Part shown: piece by piece, positions 37,677-49,259 of the stretch
Layout of the letters: every line of letters begins with the position of its first letter
How positions within the stretch are numbered: the first letter of the stretch is position 1
Source of the DNA: Gonapodya sp. JEL0774
Taxonomy: Eukaryota
Reading direction: 5' to 3'
Assembly: GCA_027604505.1 (NCBI GenBank)
Contig: JADIIX010000057.1
Span: 62,001-126,000, forward strand
DNA length: 64,000 bases
Notes under the pieces: model-generated
The model's database searches: none
What the model was told of the DNA's origin: nothing
The model's input: the letters and a program-made list of their open reading frames with translations, nothing else
Position numbers and translations under genes: made by a program

Positions 37677-38760
37677 GTGTAGCCCACGGCGGTGATGTAG
37701 CTGGGGATAGTGCCTATTTTATATCGCGTGCAATGCAGACTGGTCATCTCTCTGTGATACAATGTACATATCCATCAGATTTGCGAAAGGTGTAATATGT
37801 AGGAGGACTTGCATGCTTTGGGTGATCTGTTGCGATTGTCCCTTACTGTTCCGGCAATTTGCAACAGTTGGCTGATAAAATAGCTTCTTATATTTAGAAC
37901 TAGACTGGTAACATGCTACAAGAGGCGTGCATCAATACAAACAAACAACTGGATGTAGTCGATGGCTGAACCGATGAGTGGCGAATGGCTGGCTGGGGCT
38001 GTGGCGGCAGGGCAGTTTGGTCCATTGAGTCTCTCTGACAAACGGTAACGCAGAACTGCAATTGACAGTGATATACCCGGTTGCGGTTATTGAATGCAAG
38101 ACCGATAGCGCAGAAGGATATACCGTGAGTGGCAATTGAACTGCACTTGGTGGCAGACGGGCGGAGAAGGGTCCGTCTCCATCCCTGATGGGTTGGGAAA
38201 CGCCAGTCCTTTCTTGTCAAAGCCAGAGGACTGGCGATCGAAGCCAACGACTGCCACAGCCGGAGTTCTTTCAATGGAGTACGGACGGTGGCTCTGAGAT
38301 ATGTGCGTCGTCCGTCGCTTCCTGCTGGGTGTCAGTCTCCCTGGGCAGCATAGTGAGGGATTACGAGACAGCATGTGGAAGCTATGGATTCCGTGTTTGG
38401 TGTATCAAAATATGGTGGTGAGTGTGGCTGCGGCTCATTGTACATGATCACAGGAGACAGGAGCGAGAGTTGCAGACGTGACAATCACGTCACCGTGACA
38501 GGCGTGAATGGTCCTTTCCCTCTCTGCCTCTAAGCGTCGGAGCCTCGGTCGGAATAGAGCCATGGGACCCGACTGTTCCTCCGGGGGTGAGCTTAGCCAC
38601 TTCCGTACTAAATACTCTCCTTCTCCTCTTGCAGGTCACTAGACATTGCTGCCCTCTCGTTTGTGATATTGGTTAACGGACTAGCCTCCTGTGAAACCCA
38701 CAGATTTACACCATTCAAAGCAATTCAATCACGTCCACGCACTTTCGACAACGCGCGAAC

Positions 38761-41185
38761 ATGCACGCTCCACTCCCACTGCACGCTTCCCCTCTCAGTC
38801 ATTTTACCAACATCTCACCGCTCCCTCTCTGCTCCGCCTCATTCTTATCTCGTGCTCTGACCCACTCAGTCCCTTCCCCAATACCATCTGTATACCTTCT
38901 TCGGCGATCTGTATCCTCGTCTGCCCCTCACTGGTCGTCTCGCACAAAATCTTTAACGACAGATTCGCCATCCGTCCGTCAACCTGAGCTTCTGAGCAAG
39001 CGCGCGTGGGATGCTGTTCACGAAAAATACAAGCAAATGTGGGGAGAGGAAGTGCCACCTCCTATCTCCCCTGCTCCTGCTGCGTCCACCATTTACCCTC
39101 ACTCGCGCAATCGCGCTGACGCTCAGCTGCAACCCATCTCCACCCGCTCCCCTCCCCCACTCTCTTCTCCTTCACCAACTCGCCCAGCTTCCACCTCCCG
39201 TGGTCTGGCCACCCTTGCCGGCTCATCCACAACGGAGCACGAAATTGTTCCCGCAGACCTCCTCAGCCAAAAAGCATGGGCTGCCTTTGCTGAGATGTAC
39301 AATCAGAAATGGGGCGAGGTTGAAAAGGGGAAAGTGGCTACCCAAGGAAAGACTGTGCGAGAACAACCCGGTCGGCAGACCGCACTCGGAAAAACTCCCA
39401 AGAACCGACCCTCTCCCCTCTTCTCCACCACCGTGACGACCGCCCCCTTGCACGCACGGGGCCTTGCCACCACCCGGGGTCCTGTTATTTCCACCACGCC
39501 GTCTGCGTCAAAAGATTTGAAGACCTCTAGTGACCCTGCCCACCTCAGTCATCAAGCATGGGCCGCTTTCACAATCCGGTACCGTCAGCTTTTTGGGGAC
39601 GAGAGCGTCCCTTCAACGACCATTCGTTCCTCAAGGACGGAAACTCCCCTCAAATTTACTAACCACCAAGTGCCAACTCGCCCCATCGCATCTCCGGCCA
39701 CCCGCACAACTGCGTTTACGAGTCCCGCACAATCACGCTCCCTCCACGCTCGCCCCGACTCCTCCTCATACTCTACCCTTACCGCACCTTCAAGTCAGCC
39801 TACACCCAGGACTCCCTCAATCTCCGCCACTCCCACGCTCGCCCCCACCACTCTCCATGGTTTCTCGATTCCCAATACACCGCCTACGGCTGCAACCCTG
39901 GCTGCAGCTCAAGCGGGTGAGCGCAGGTGGGAGGACTGGCGTGAAGACGGGTTTGACGAAACAGCACCGCAAGGGCAATCACAAGCAGAAGCGTACGAGG
40001 CGCAACCTCCGGAGCTGCTCCCCCCACATTTAAGGCAACATGGCACTATTGTCTTGGGAGGAAAGTATGACGTGGGGTGAGTTGCGATATGTTTCCTTGG
40101 CAGGACGGGGTATAGGTTTGTCCAACACTGCCATCAGGTACCTTACTTTCGCTACCCCGCGCGGCAACCCGAAGCTCCTTGTTCCTCTACCCTCCACTCG
40201 CCCTACTACCACGGCTATTCCTTTGCACCCGAGCCTTGCGCTCTCTTTTCTCTGTCGTGTTATCCGTGATGAAGACCCCAGAGCTACTGGCATTCGAGTT
40301 TGGGACGCAGTAGGGGACGAGCACGGAAGGTTTTTGAGACCCGGAAACGTTTGGGCTGGTGATGCGACGGTGGGGGATGTGGTCAAGGAGGCTTTAAGTG
40401 GGGCAAGCAAAGGATTTTTCGTCGCGTTCGATGAAGGAGACGTACCGACGTACGTGAGGATTCCAACCTTTGAGGAACACGTGGCGCCTTTGCGGAAGCA
40501 GATCGAGGTGAGTTCGTGGACATCGCTTCAGTCACCTCGTTCTGAGACATTCGTTTTTACTCGTCCACTTTTGCAAATAACACCAGGACATTTCTGCTCG
40601 TCTGACTCAACAAGATTCCCTCAAACAAGAGTGCGATAAAGCTGCGGACCTTCTTTCGAGGAGGGTAGGGTGGCTTGGATTCTCGGGTTTCGCGGCGTAC
40701 TGGGGAACGGCGGTCTACTTGGTGTATGGTCCAAGTGATTGGGATATGATGGAGCCGGTGAGTGTTATTTGTGGACACACGAACGAATATGTGAAAGTAA
40801 TTTTTCTCATTTTGCATCTCAGATCACTTACTTTGTGGGGACTGGGTTCGGTTTGGTGGCTTACTTGTGGTACATGATAACACGATCGGAGTACTCTTAC
40901 ACCAGTCTAACGTGAGTCTGATCGCATCTCCAAGTTATGTCCCGGGTACTTCACCTTGCCCCATAAATTATGTACAGCGCCACCGCTGCCGATTCGAGAA
41001 GAGCCTTCATGTATCGCAGCAAAGGTTTTGACCAGTCAGAGTATGAGGGATTGAAGGATAGAATGCGGCGATTGAGGGAAGAGGTGAGTTTGTGGGTTGA
41101 TTCACCAAGAGAGTACTTTGACTAAAACGGCTTTCAATTTCCCGTGTTGTGCCAGATCGAAAGCATTAGGGAGGACTACGCATAA
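38761..41185 (+). CDS. MCU: Mitochondrial calcium uniporter (fungal-type MCU) with long repeat-containing N-terminal extension
   Basis: Spliced C-terminus: coiled coil 'LKQECDKAAD', TM1, selectivity filter 'WDMMEP|ITY' (40740-40757), TM2, 'RSEYSY', 'YRSKGFD'. NTD 'LVPLPS...LHPSLALSFL', 'WAGDATVGDVVKEA'. Start codon uncertain. Confidence 0.9.
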
Positions 41186-42488
41186 ACTTAATCAAAAGGG
41201 ATTGATGGTTGAGGAGGGAGGTGGACTTGTGGAAACTGGCTGAAGGTCGTTCGAGGATTGAAACACAACGTCCACGGCTACGAGGAGGACAGATATGGAG
41301 ATTTCTCACTCAAGTACATTCCGCGCCCACTAAGCGCATTACGCACCGTCACCACACGATATCCAAACACGGATAACCATAATTTAGGCTAATTCGGTCT
41401 GTTTCTGGAGAGTTCAGTTCCACCACTTCCTACAATTGTCTCCCACCCCCAACCTTTGTCACCATTTTTTTCTTTTCGTGCCTGTGACCTATTTCGATGT
41501 ATACCTAACATTATCATTTGAACCGCTTGTGGATCACATGAACGTGCCGGCGGCATCAATGCATCTCTTATGTCCTTCTGCTCCATTTCAGTTTCATGTT
41601 TGGCATTTTGCAATCGTATCCATGGATGTACGGATCAACATTGTGGATGAGCACAATTGATGGCCACCGAGCACATGCTTCGAAACGAATCAGCGGCAGA
41701 TAAATACCTCAGCCTTAAAAAAGAGGAAAACAAACGTCACTTTCTTCCATGTTTCAATCCCGTCGCCGACGAAAGTAACCAATTATGTGCGCATGTGATG
41801 TACGTGCTCAGGTTCACTTCAGTCCAAGGTCATTTCGATGCACTCTGCCACGAACGCGTGCGCTCGCACGTCATAGGACCTCCTCATGCCGTTTTCCGGA
41901 ATCTTACCTGCTGGCCGATCTTCTTCACGCTCCTGCGTCGCTGGAGCTCAACCCGGCCCTCCCCGCATCCCCCAAATGTTGCGGCCAGCCCTTTGACATG
42001 GAATTTGGAGGCTGTTTGTGAGATCCGACGATGTGCACACTGACTATCTTGACTGTGTTACTCCCTTTGACACAGAGGGCCAAGAGGGGCACGTGATATG
42101 AGAACCTAGGATCTCATGCGCGAGAGGAAAGGAGAGTGAAAGGAAAGAACCACAAGGCATAGACCAGGACATGAGGGTGAGGGATCTGATCCGCACCACT
42201 GACAATCATGTGTTACTTCGCATGGAGAACGGGGATCAGCTGGTCCATAATCTACTCTGTTGATGGTGGGAATGTAAACTAGCTAGTACTAGATATCGGG
42301 ATTGCGGGCGATTCAAAGACGTGCGAAAAAATGCGGCAAAAGGGTCTTTGGCATTGGGGTGTGGCTGGCTTGTGTTGTGTTTTCAAAAAAAGGCCGGAGG
42401 ACCAGCAGGAGGGGGGAAACTCAACACTTGCTTCCAAATCGGGTGAATCCCCTGCCGCCATCGACCACGCAGCACTTGGCTGCGCCGG

Positions 42489-45400
42489 ATGTCAGTGCAC
42501 GCTCGAGAGCCGCCGACGCGAACGCAGCTGTGGGCAGGAAGAGCGGCGGCATCATCGTTAGCAGAAGGATCCGCTCGTGCGCACAAGCGACTTTCTCTCG
42601 CTTTTCTTGAAGGCGAGCTCGGGGAGCGAGGGGCGACAGGTGACACGAGAAGCGGTGGAGGCGGAGCCGGTGTAGACGGAGCAGGAGTCGAGCAATCGCG
42701 GAGGAAGGAGGCGGACGCAACCGGCTTGGGCCAACGAACATCGTCGACTCGATTCGTCTCACGGACTTCGGTTCTCCCAACCGCATCTGCTTCGCAAGTC
42801 GGTCGGTCTCCTTCGGGGTCGTCATCGACGTCCAATTTACCTCGCAGAAACCCAAAATCCCACCCGCTTCCTGCCTTCCCGCCAAACTCCCCAGAGGCTC
42901 TTGTGTACGGAAGCTCAGACTCTTCTTCTGCCGACTCTTCTTCTGCTGACTCCGCGTCAGACCGAAGGCGCTCTACTGACCGTCGTCTACCTCCTGCCGA
43001 CGACCCTCTTCCAAACTACGACGACGACCCAGTTGCGCCACCACGACACTCACGAAGAACCGACTCCGCAATGCCGGATGTAACACCGGGACGTGAATCG
43101 GGTGTGCTTGCCATCGATGAAGGTGTGTATAGCTGAGCAGTGGAAGTCGTCCTGAGGGAGAAGGCAGATAATGAGGTCCATGGGATCGGAGGTGGTCGGC
43201 AACAGGGATGCAGCGCGCCGGACACAGAACCGCTCAAATGGAGATACCCCTGTAGATGGTGGTCAGGTGTACTGTGTCTGACCTTCACATTTCTCCTCCG
43301 TCTCGACACCCTCTCTTCGGCATGAGCAGCCCTCAAAGCAAGCGTCGTCAAGACGACTGCCGCCCGCCCCTCTTTCGGCGCCCGCTCCTCTCGTGCCAAC
43401 CCCGCAGTACCCGGGAATCCACCTATATCCAGTGCAGGTCCTGCACCAGCCGCAGATCCCACACCTTCCTACCCTAGCCCCAAAATGGAGCCGTCTCAAC
43501 CACCCCGACCACCGTCCGCCTCAGGCTCCCGCGGGACATCGAAAAAGTCTCATCGAACTTCCAAAGTCTTTGTGGACACGACGGACGATCTTCCGAACAC
43601 CGTCGCCACTCCTGAGTCCACTGGCGGATCTTCGTCGCCCGACAGGTCAAAATCTTCTTCTCGTTCCTCCCGCCGCCCTGTACCCATTGGTGATGCTGAA
43701 AATTGGTCGGGGAGCGAACACACAAGCGACCCAGACATGCCTCCTCCCACAAAGAGATCCTCAGGATCCGCACCGGGATATGTTGGTTCGCAGGTACCTG
43801 TGACCACAACACCGTCACGCAAGGCTGCGTCGCTACCCCGTGAGTGCTATTCTGAAGTAGGAGCTTTGTGTGGTACGAAACTTGTCTGTCTTGCTAACCA
43901 TACCAAATTGATTGTTTATCAAGGTCTTGCGGACATCAAATCGTCGTCTCCCGTTCTTAGTCCTACCCTCCGTTCCTCGCCTCTTGCTTTTGACGACTCA
44001 ACGTCCGCATCCGCCGGGGTACCTTTACGAACGTATTCCTCACCTACCGAGGGCTCCTTTTCCCCCCCGTTTCCTGGCAAATCTGGCAAGAGCAGTCGCC
44101 GGTCCTCAAAACCCGATGACAAGGACACATTTGTTTCGTACAATGCCTCATCTGCATCAATGGTCATCTCTTCCTCATCCCCAACTTCTTCACCCACCAC
44201 CGCCACCGCCCCGCCAAGGAAAAGGTCATCAGGATCTGTAACTGCTGACACACGAGAGCGGCAAGCGCGGGGAACCCCATCAATCATCCCTGTCGGGCGT
44301 TCTTTTTCAGACCCTTCCGTATCTCCCGTCGACCCCTCACCCACACCGCCGGAACGGGACCGAGACCGAGACCGTGAGCGGACCACTTCGTCTCGACGAT
44401 CCAAAGCTCAGTCCGTCCCTCCGAATTCTCGACCCACATCAATCGCCCGGGACTCTAAAGACCCACCGATGTCACCGTACCTCGTCGCAGCGACAGCACC
44501 AACAAGCAGTAGGAGGAAGAGAGGGGAGGAAGGCGACAAGCCTTTACCTGATGTACCGCTGGGTCGAGATCGGAATGAGCGAAATGAACGTGGTGAGCGA
44601 GATCGGGATCGAGAACGGGATGGGCCCCCTGCCCGCCCGCCCAGCAGGGGTGGCGGTGAACGGACAAAGTCCTCCCGGCACTCGCCCACCTCTCCAGATC
44701 CAGAGATTCCTGATCGTCCGCCAACATCGAGCCCTGAGGGAGACCCTTGGGCAGGTCAAACGCCAGAGGTGGTTATTGAGGGCGTGTCGGATGGGGAGGA
44801 GGAACCACCTCCGCAATTCATGACGTCCAGAGTTTTAGGCGCCCCTGGCGCGGCCCCCAGGGGGGTGTCTGTTGTGCCGCCTATGAGAGGTCAGCAGTCA
44901 TCTGTTCTTTCGTCGGCGAGACAGGTGCCGCCGAGGAGCTACAGCAAGGCGGCGCCAATGGTATTACCTGGAGAGCGGGAGAGGGAGAGGGACCGAGAGC
45001 GAGAAAAGGGCGAGAAGTTGGAGAAAGCGGACCGTGGAGACCGTGGCGACCGTGGGGACCGTGACAGGGACACTCAAGACCGCGATCGGGATCGGGACCG
45101 GGAACGTCGGGCCCGCAATGGCAGTGGCTACGACAGCTTTTCTCAGCCTCAACCGCCACCCTCGCCTATGCCTACCCCGTCGCCGGTGCCGTATGATGGT
45201 GGTGGATCACAAGAGATTCATATGTTGATGCAAGGTGTTAGGCCCGCTGTGGGGGGTTGGGATGAAGGCGACGTAAAAGGACCAGATGGACGGACATTGC
45301 GGGATGCACGAGATGGGCGAGACGGGCGAGATATGCGGGAGGGGCGAAGTTCGCGGGATATGCGAGATGGGAGGGACAGAGAAAGACGTAATGGACGACA

Positions 45401-47338
45401 AGATGGTACTGGTTCGGGCGGGGTGCCTAACACAGCATCCGGCGGCGCTGCGATTCCTCCCCGATGGGCTTCCAATAACAATCCAATGGCCGCCACCCGA
45501 TCTGGTTCCCAATCATTCCCTCCCCCCTCGAAGGCAGCTTCTCAGACGTCGTCGTCACAATCTCAAAGGACAACTCGATCGAGAGAAGGCCCGCCAGGAT
45601 CGAGCCCCCTCCCGGGTCCATTTGGAGGTTTGGCAGCGCCAGCAGCAGGAAGTAGGTCCAGGACAGAAATGGACCTGGATTTGAGGTTCAATCCGGATGT
45701 CGTTCCCGAAGTGATAACGATCAAAAAGGAACCGGTGAACGATTACTGGGATCCCGTTTGGGTTGATAGACTGACCAAATACCGAGAGGAAGTCAAGATG
45801 TCGGATGATGTGGATGATAAGTTCGCCTTTGGACGGTGGGTGATTGAGATGGGCTTGAACGGTGAGCTACCGGTGTTGTTTTTTTATCTGTGGGTACACC
45901 GTGTCTGATCTTGATTTGCCGGTTTGTGAACATAGCGAAATGGTCTGACCCCGAACCTGCGTACGCTGAGCGGAATAAGGACGGTCTACTCAAGGAAGGG
46001 TCCCGCGTCATCAAAAAGTTGGCCAGAGGAACGCTCGGTGAGTGGCGAATCACTACCGTCGTTATCAAGCGTCTCACTCACTTTCTTGGTCAATCTCCCT
46101 CAATACTTCATTGATCCATCAGGCAAGCAAGGCCATCCCCCTGCGCAGTTTCTCCTTGCCGACTATCACTCCTCTGGCCAGGCTGAGCCACATATCGAGA
46201 AATCTCACGCCAAGGCGTTCGCTCTTTACGTGGCGATTTCGAAGGCTTATCGGGCACCCAACTCGATAACAGGTACAGGCTCGGGGAAGAAAGACGCAGA
46301 GATGGCTGTGGTAGCGGCGCAGGCGACCTTCAGGGCGGGAACTTGCTGTGAGGATGGATTGGGTGTTAAAAAGGATCCTCTGAGGGCCGGTGAGGAAGAA
46401 TGCTTCTGTTGCGTTGTAGTCAAATGCGATTTTCTCATGATTTCCACTTCATCATCCCCTTCATTCCCGTACTTGATGATACAGTGCAATTTTATCGTAA
46501 AGCGGCCAGTTTCTCCGACACCCATGCCATGCACAAAATGGGACATCTGTATCTTACGGGTTCTCTTGGGGTCGCCAAATCACCCCGTGAAGGAGTGTCA
46601 TGGTTGAAGAGGGCAGCTGCTCAAGCGGATGAGGGGTTCCCAGCCCCGTTGCACGACTTGGCACAAATTTATGAGGGTGTTGTAGATACGGGTGGGGCGG
46701 CAATGAAGGTGAGTAAATCATTGCTCCGCAGAAATATGTTTGCCGTATTAAACAGGTAGTCGGGAACCTTTCTCTAGGACGTTGCATATGCGTATACACT
46801 TTATCTCCGAGCCGCCCAAATCGGATACACGAAGTCCCAGTATCAACTCGGTTTAGCGCACGAAATCGGCTTGCTGGGTCTTCCGACGGATGCTCGACGG
46901 TCCATTGCCTGGTACAACCTGGGTGCCCAGGCTGGCGATCCGGACTGTGAACTCGGACTTTCCGGGTGGTATGTAACAGGTTGTGAGGGTGTACTGATTC
47001 CAAATGACGACCTCGCGTACAAATGGGCTCGCTCAGCGGCGGAGAAGGGCTTGGCACGGGCGGAAGCTGCATTGGGTTTTTTCATTGAAAGCGGTGTTGG
47101 GTCTCCAGGTGATCTGAATGAAGCCAAGTACTGGTACAACCGCGCTGCTGAACACGGTGACAGGAGAGCTAGGGCTAGGCTTGAGGATATTGCGAATGGG
47201 CGAATGACCATTGGACACTCAACATCGTCACTGAACCGGCGGAAGAGTGTGCGTGACGAAACGGAGAGACGGAGAGAACTTGGGAGGCAGGGGAGACTGG
47301 CGGAGGTGGATGAAGGAAAAGGGTGTAGTCTGCAATAA
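42489..47338 (+). CDS. Sel1/TPR-repeat chitin synthase activator (Chs4/Skt5-like) with very long disordered N-terminus and C-terminal CaaX; 5' end uncertain
   Basis: Sel1 repeats 'GHPPAQFLLAD', 'AVQFYRKAA', 'SWLKRAA', 'SQYQLG.AHEIG.LG', 'ELGLSGWYVTG.EGVL', 'AKYWYNRAAEHGD'. Ends in 'CSLQ*'. Confidence 0.82.
45030..45065 (+). repeat. 9-bp coding tandem repeat (GACCGTGGN) encoding DRG repeats
   Basis: gaccgtgga gaccgtggc gaccgtggg gaccgtgac. Confidence 0.7.
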
Positions 47339-47539
47339 GCGCTCGTTTGTTCTGCGGTCGGCACATAATATTCGCTAGTAGTACCCGGCCCTCCAACTGG
47401 ATGTTTACATAATTCCGGACCCAGCTGGACTGGCTGCGCATGATATATATGTTCAAGAGTACGAGAAATTGATTACTTTGTGCGTCCACTTCTCTTCTCC
47501 CCGCATTGTTGTTGCTGCAAATACATAAATTAATTGAAA

Positions 47540-49123
47540 ATGTCAGTGACCCGCGTCGTCCCAGCGTCGATTGCTCTTCGCTCTTGCTCGCGGTTCTTCA
47601 GCAGCACCACCACTTCTCTATCATCCACGCCGCCCCTAGTCTCCATCCCCAGTGCGAAGGCTCACTTGGTGCCTTCGTCGGGCGTCTACCCCAAGGGTTT
47701 CAAGGCAGCCGCTGTCCATGCAGGAATTAAAAAGAAATCAGGCGCACTCGACCTTGTCCTTGTAGCGTCGGATGCAAAACATCCTTGTACGGCCGCAGCT
47801 GTCTTCACCACCAATGTGTTCCAAGCGGCTCCTGTTACTGTGGATAAGGAAATCGTTCAAAGCCATTCTACTCGCGTTCAAGGAGTATTGACGAATGCAG
47901 GATGTGCCAACGCTTGTACGGGAGATCAAGGGGTCACTGACGCTCGGGAATCATCCAAGTTGGCGGCGCAGGCTCTCCAATCTTCAAATCCTACATTGGT
48001 CATGTCCACTGGCGTGATTGGACAACCATTGAACATGGTCAAGATGCGAGCTGGGATTAGTGCTGTCGCTAGCCAGCTTGAGGAAGGCCACGATGCCTGG
48101 ATGAGAGCAGCGTCAGGCATCATGACAACGGACACATTTCCGAAGTTGATGAGCGGAGAATTTGACCTACCGTCAGGGAAGAGATATAGAATGGCAGGCA
48201 TGTGTAAAGGCGCAGGTACGTTTGACTTTGTGGGCACCAGAATGAGGGTGTTGTACCCCAATTCACACCTGTGGCTCTCAATTATTCAAGGCATGATCCA
48301 TCCCAATATGGCTACTATGCTCTCAACTGTCTACACGGACTTACCCATCACCCCATCCCTCCTGCAGTCGGCCGTGCGGTCAGCAGCCGATTGGTCGTTT
48401 AACGCAATTTCTGTGGACGGCGACACTTCCACCAATGACACCTTCGCAGTGCTCGCTAATGGTGCGGCAGCGTCCGACGCAAACTGGGGGATTAAAGAGG
48501 ATGGTGTGGATTTCAGCGCCTTCAGGGATCAGCTTACCGAGTTCTCCGCTGAAATGGCCAAGCTTGTTGTGAGGGACGGAGAGGGTGCGACGAAGTTTGT
48601 GACAATTGATGTTGAGGTGAGCAGGTTATCCAAAATCCCAACGGAACTTGTGAAACCTGCGTCCGTTTTCAGGGAGCAGCGTCTTTCTCGGACGCGCACA
48701 AAATCGCCTCCACCATTGCCACGTCCCCCCTCGTGAAGACCGCTATGTATGGTCGCGACGCGAATTGGGGTCGCGTCATTTGTGCGGTGGGGTATTCGAG
48801 CATTCCTGTTGAGCCTTCGAGGGTCAACCTATGGTTCTCCAGCCCCTACGCCGGAGGCAAGACGCTTCATATTTTTAAGGACGGTGCTCCATATCAGATA
48901 AACGAGGATATCGCGGCGGAGATTCTGGCGAAGGAGGACGTGCTCGTGAAAGTGAAGGTCGGTGATGGAGAAGGGCGCGCGAGGATGTACACCTGCGACT
49001 TCAGTTATGATTACATCAAGAGTGAGCTGACCATCTGTTCCTTGAAGAATTTACAGTAGTTTTGCTTTTTACTCACATATCGCTCTTTCCTTCGAAATAG
49101 TTAATGCTGACTATCGTTCGTAA
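47540..49123 (+). CDS. ARG7: Mitochondrial ornithine acetyltransferase (ArgJ family)
   Basis: Presequence, 'FTTNVFQAAPV', 'NAGCANACTG', 'IMTTDTFPK', autoproteolysis site 'KGAGMIHPNMAT|ML', 'DGDTSTND', 'DANWGR', 'INADYRS*'. Confidence 0.96.
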
Positions 49124-49259
49124 TTACATTGTGTCGTGGATCAGACGGCACTTCTGGAGTGAACTAGTTATCTCCAAATAACAAAATGGAAACAAATTGA
49201 CTACTTTACATGCATTTATCATCGTCCACCCGCTAACTGCTGCACTTCCGCACTCGTTC

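Noticed and set aside
37700..38460. Short ORFs between the FERM gene and MCU
   Set aside because: No recognisable protein features or consistent exon structure.
41200..42480. Intergenic ORFs or possible transposon remnant
   Set aside because: No transposase/RT motifs, terminal repeats or target-site duplication seen; it may be promoter or 5' exons of the Sel1 gene.
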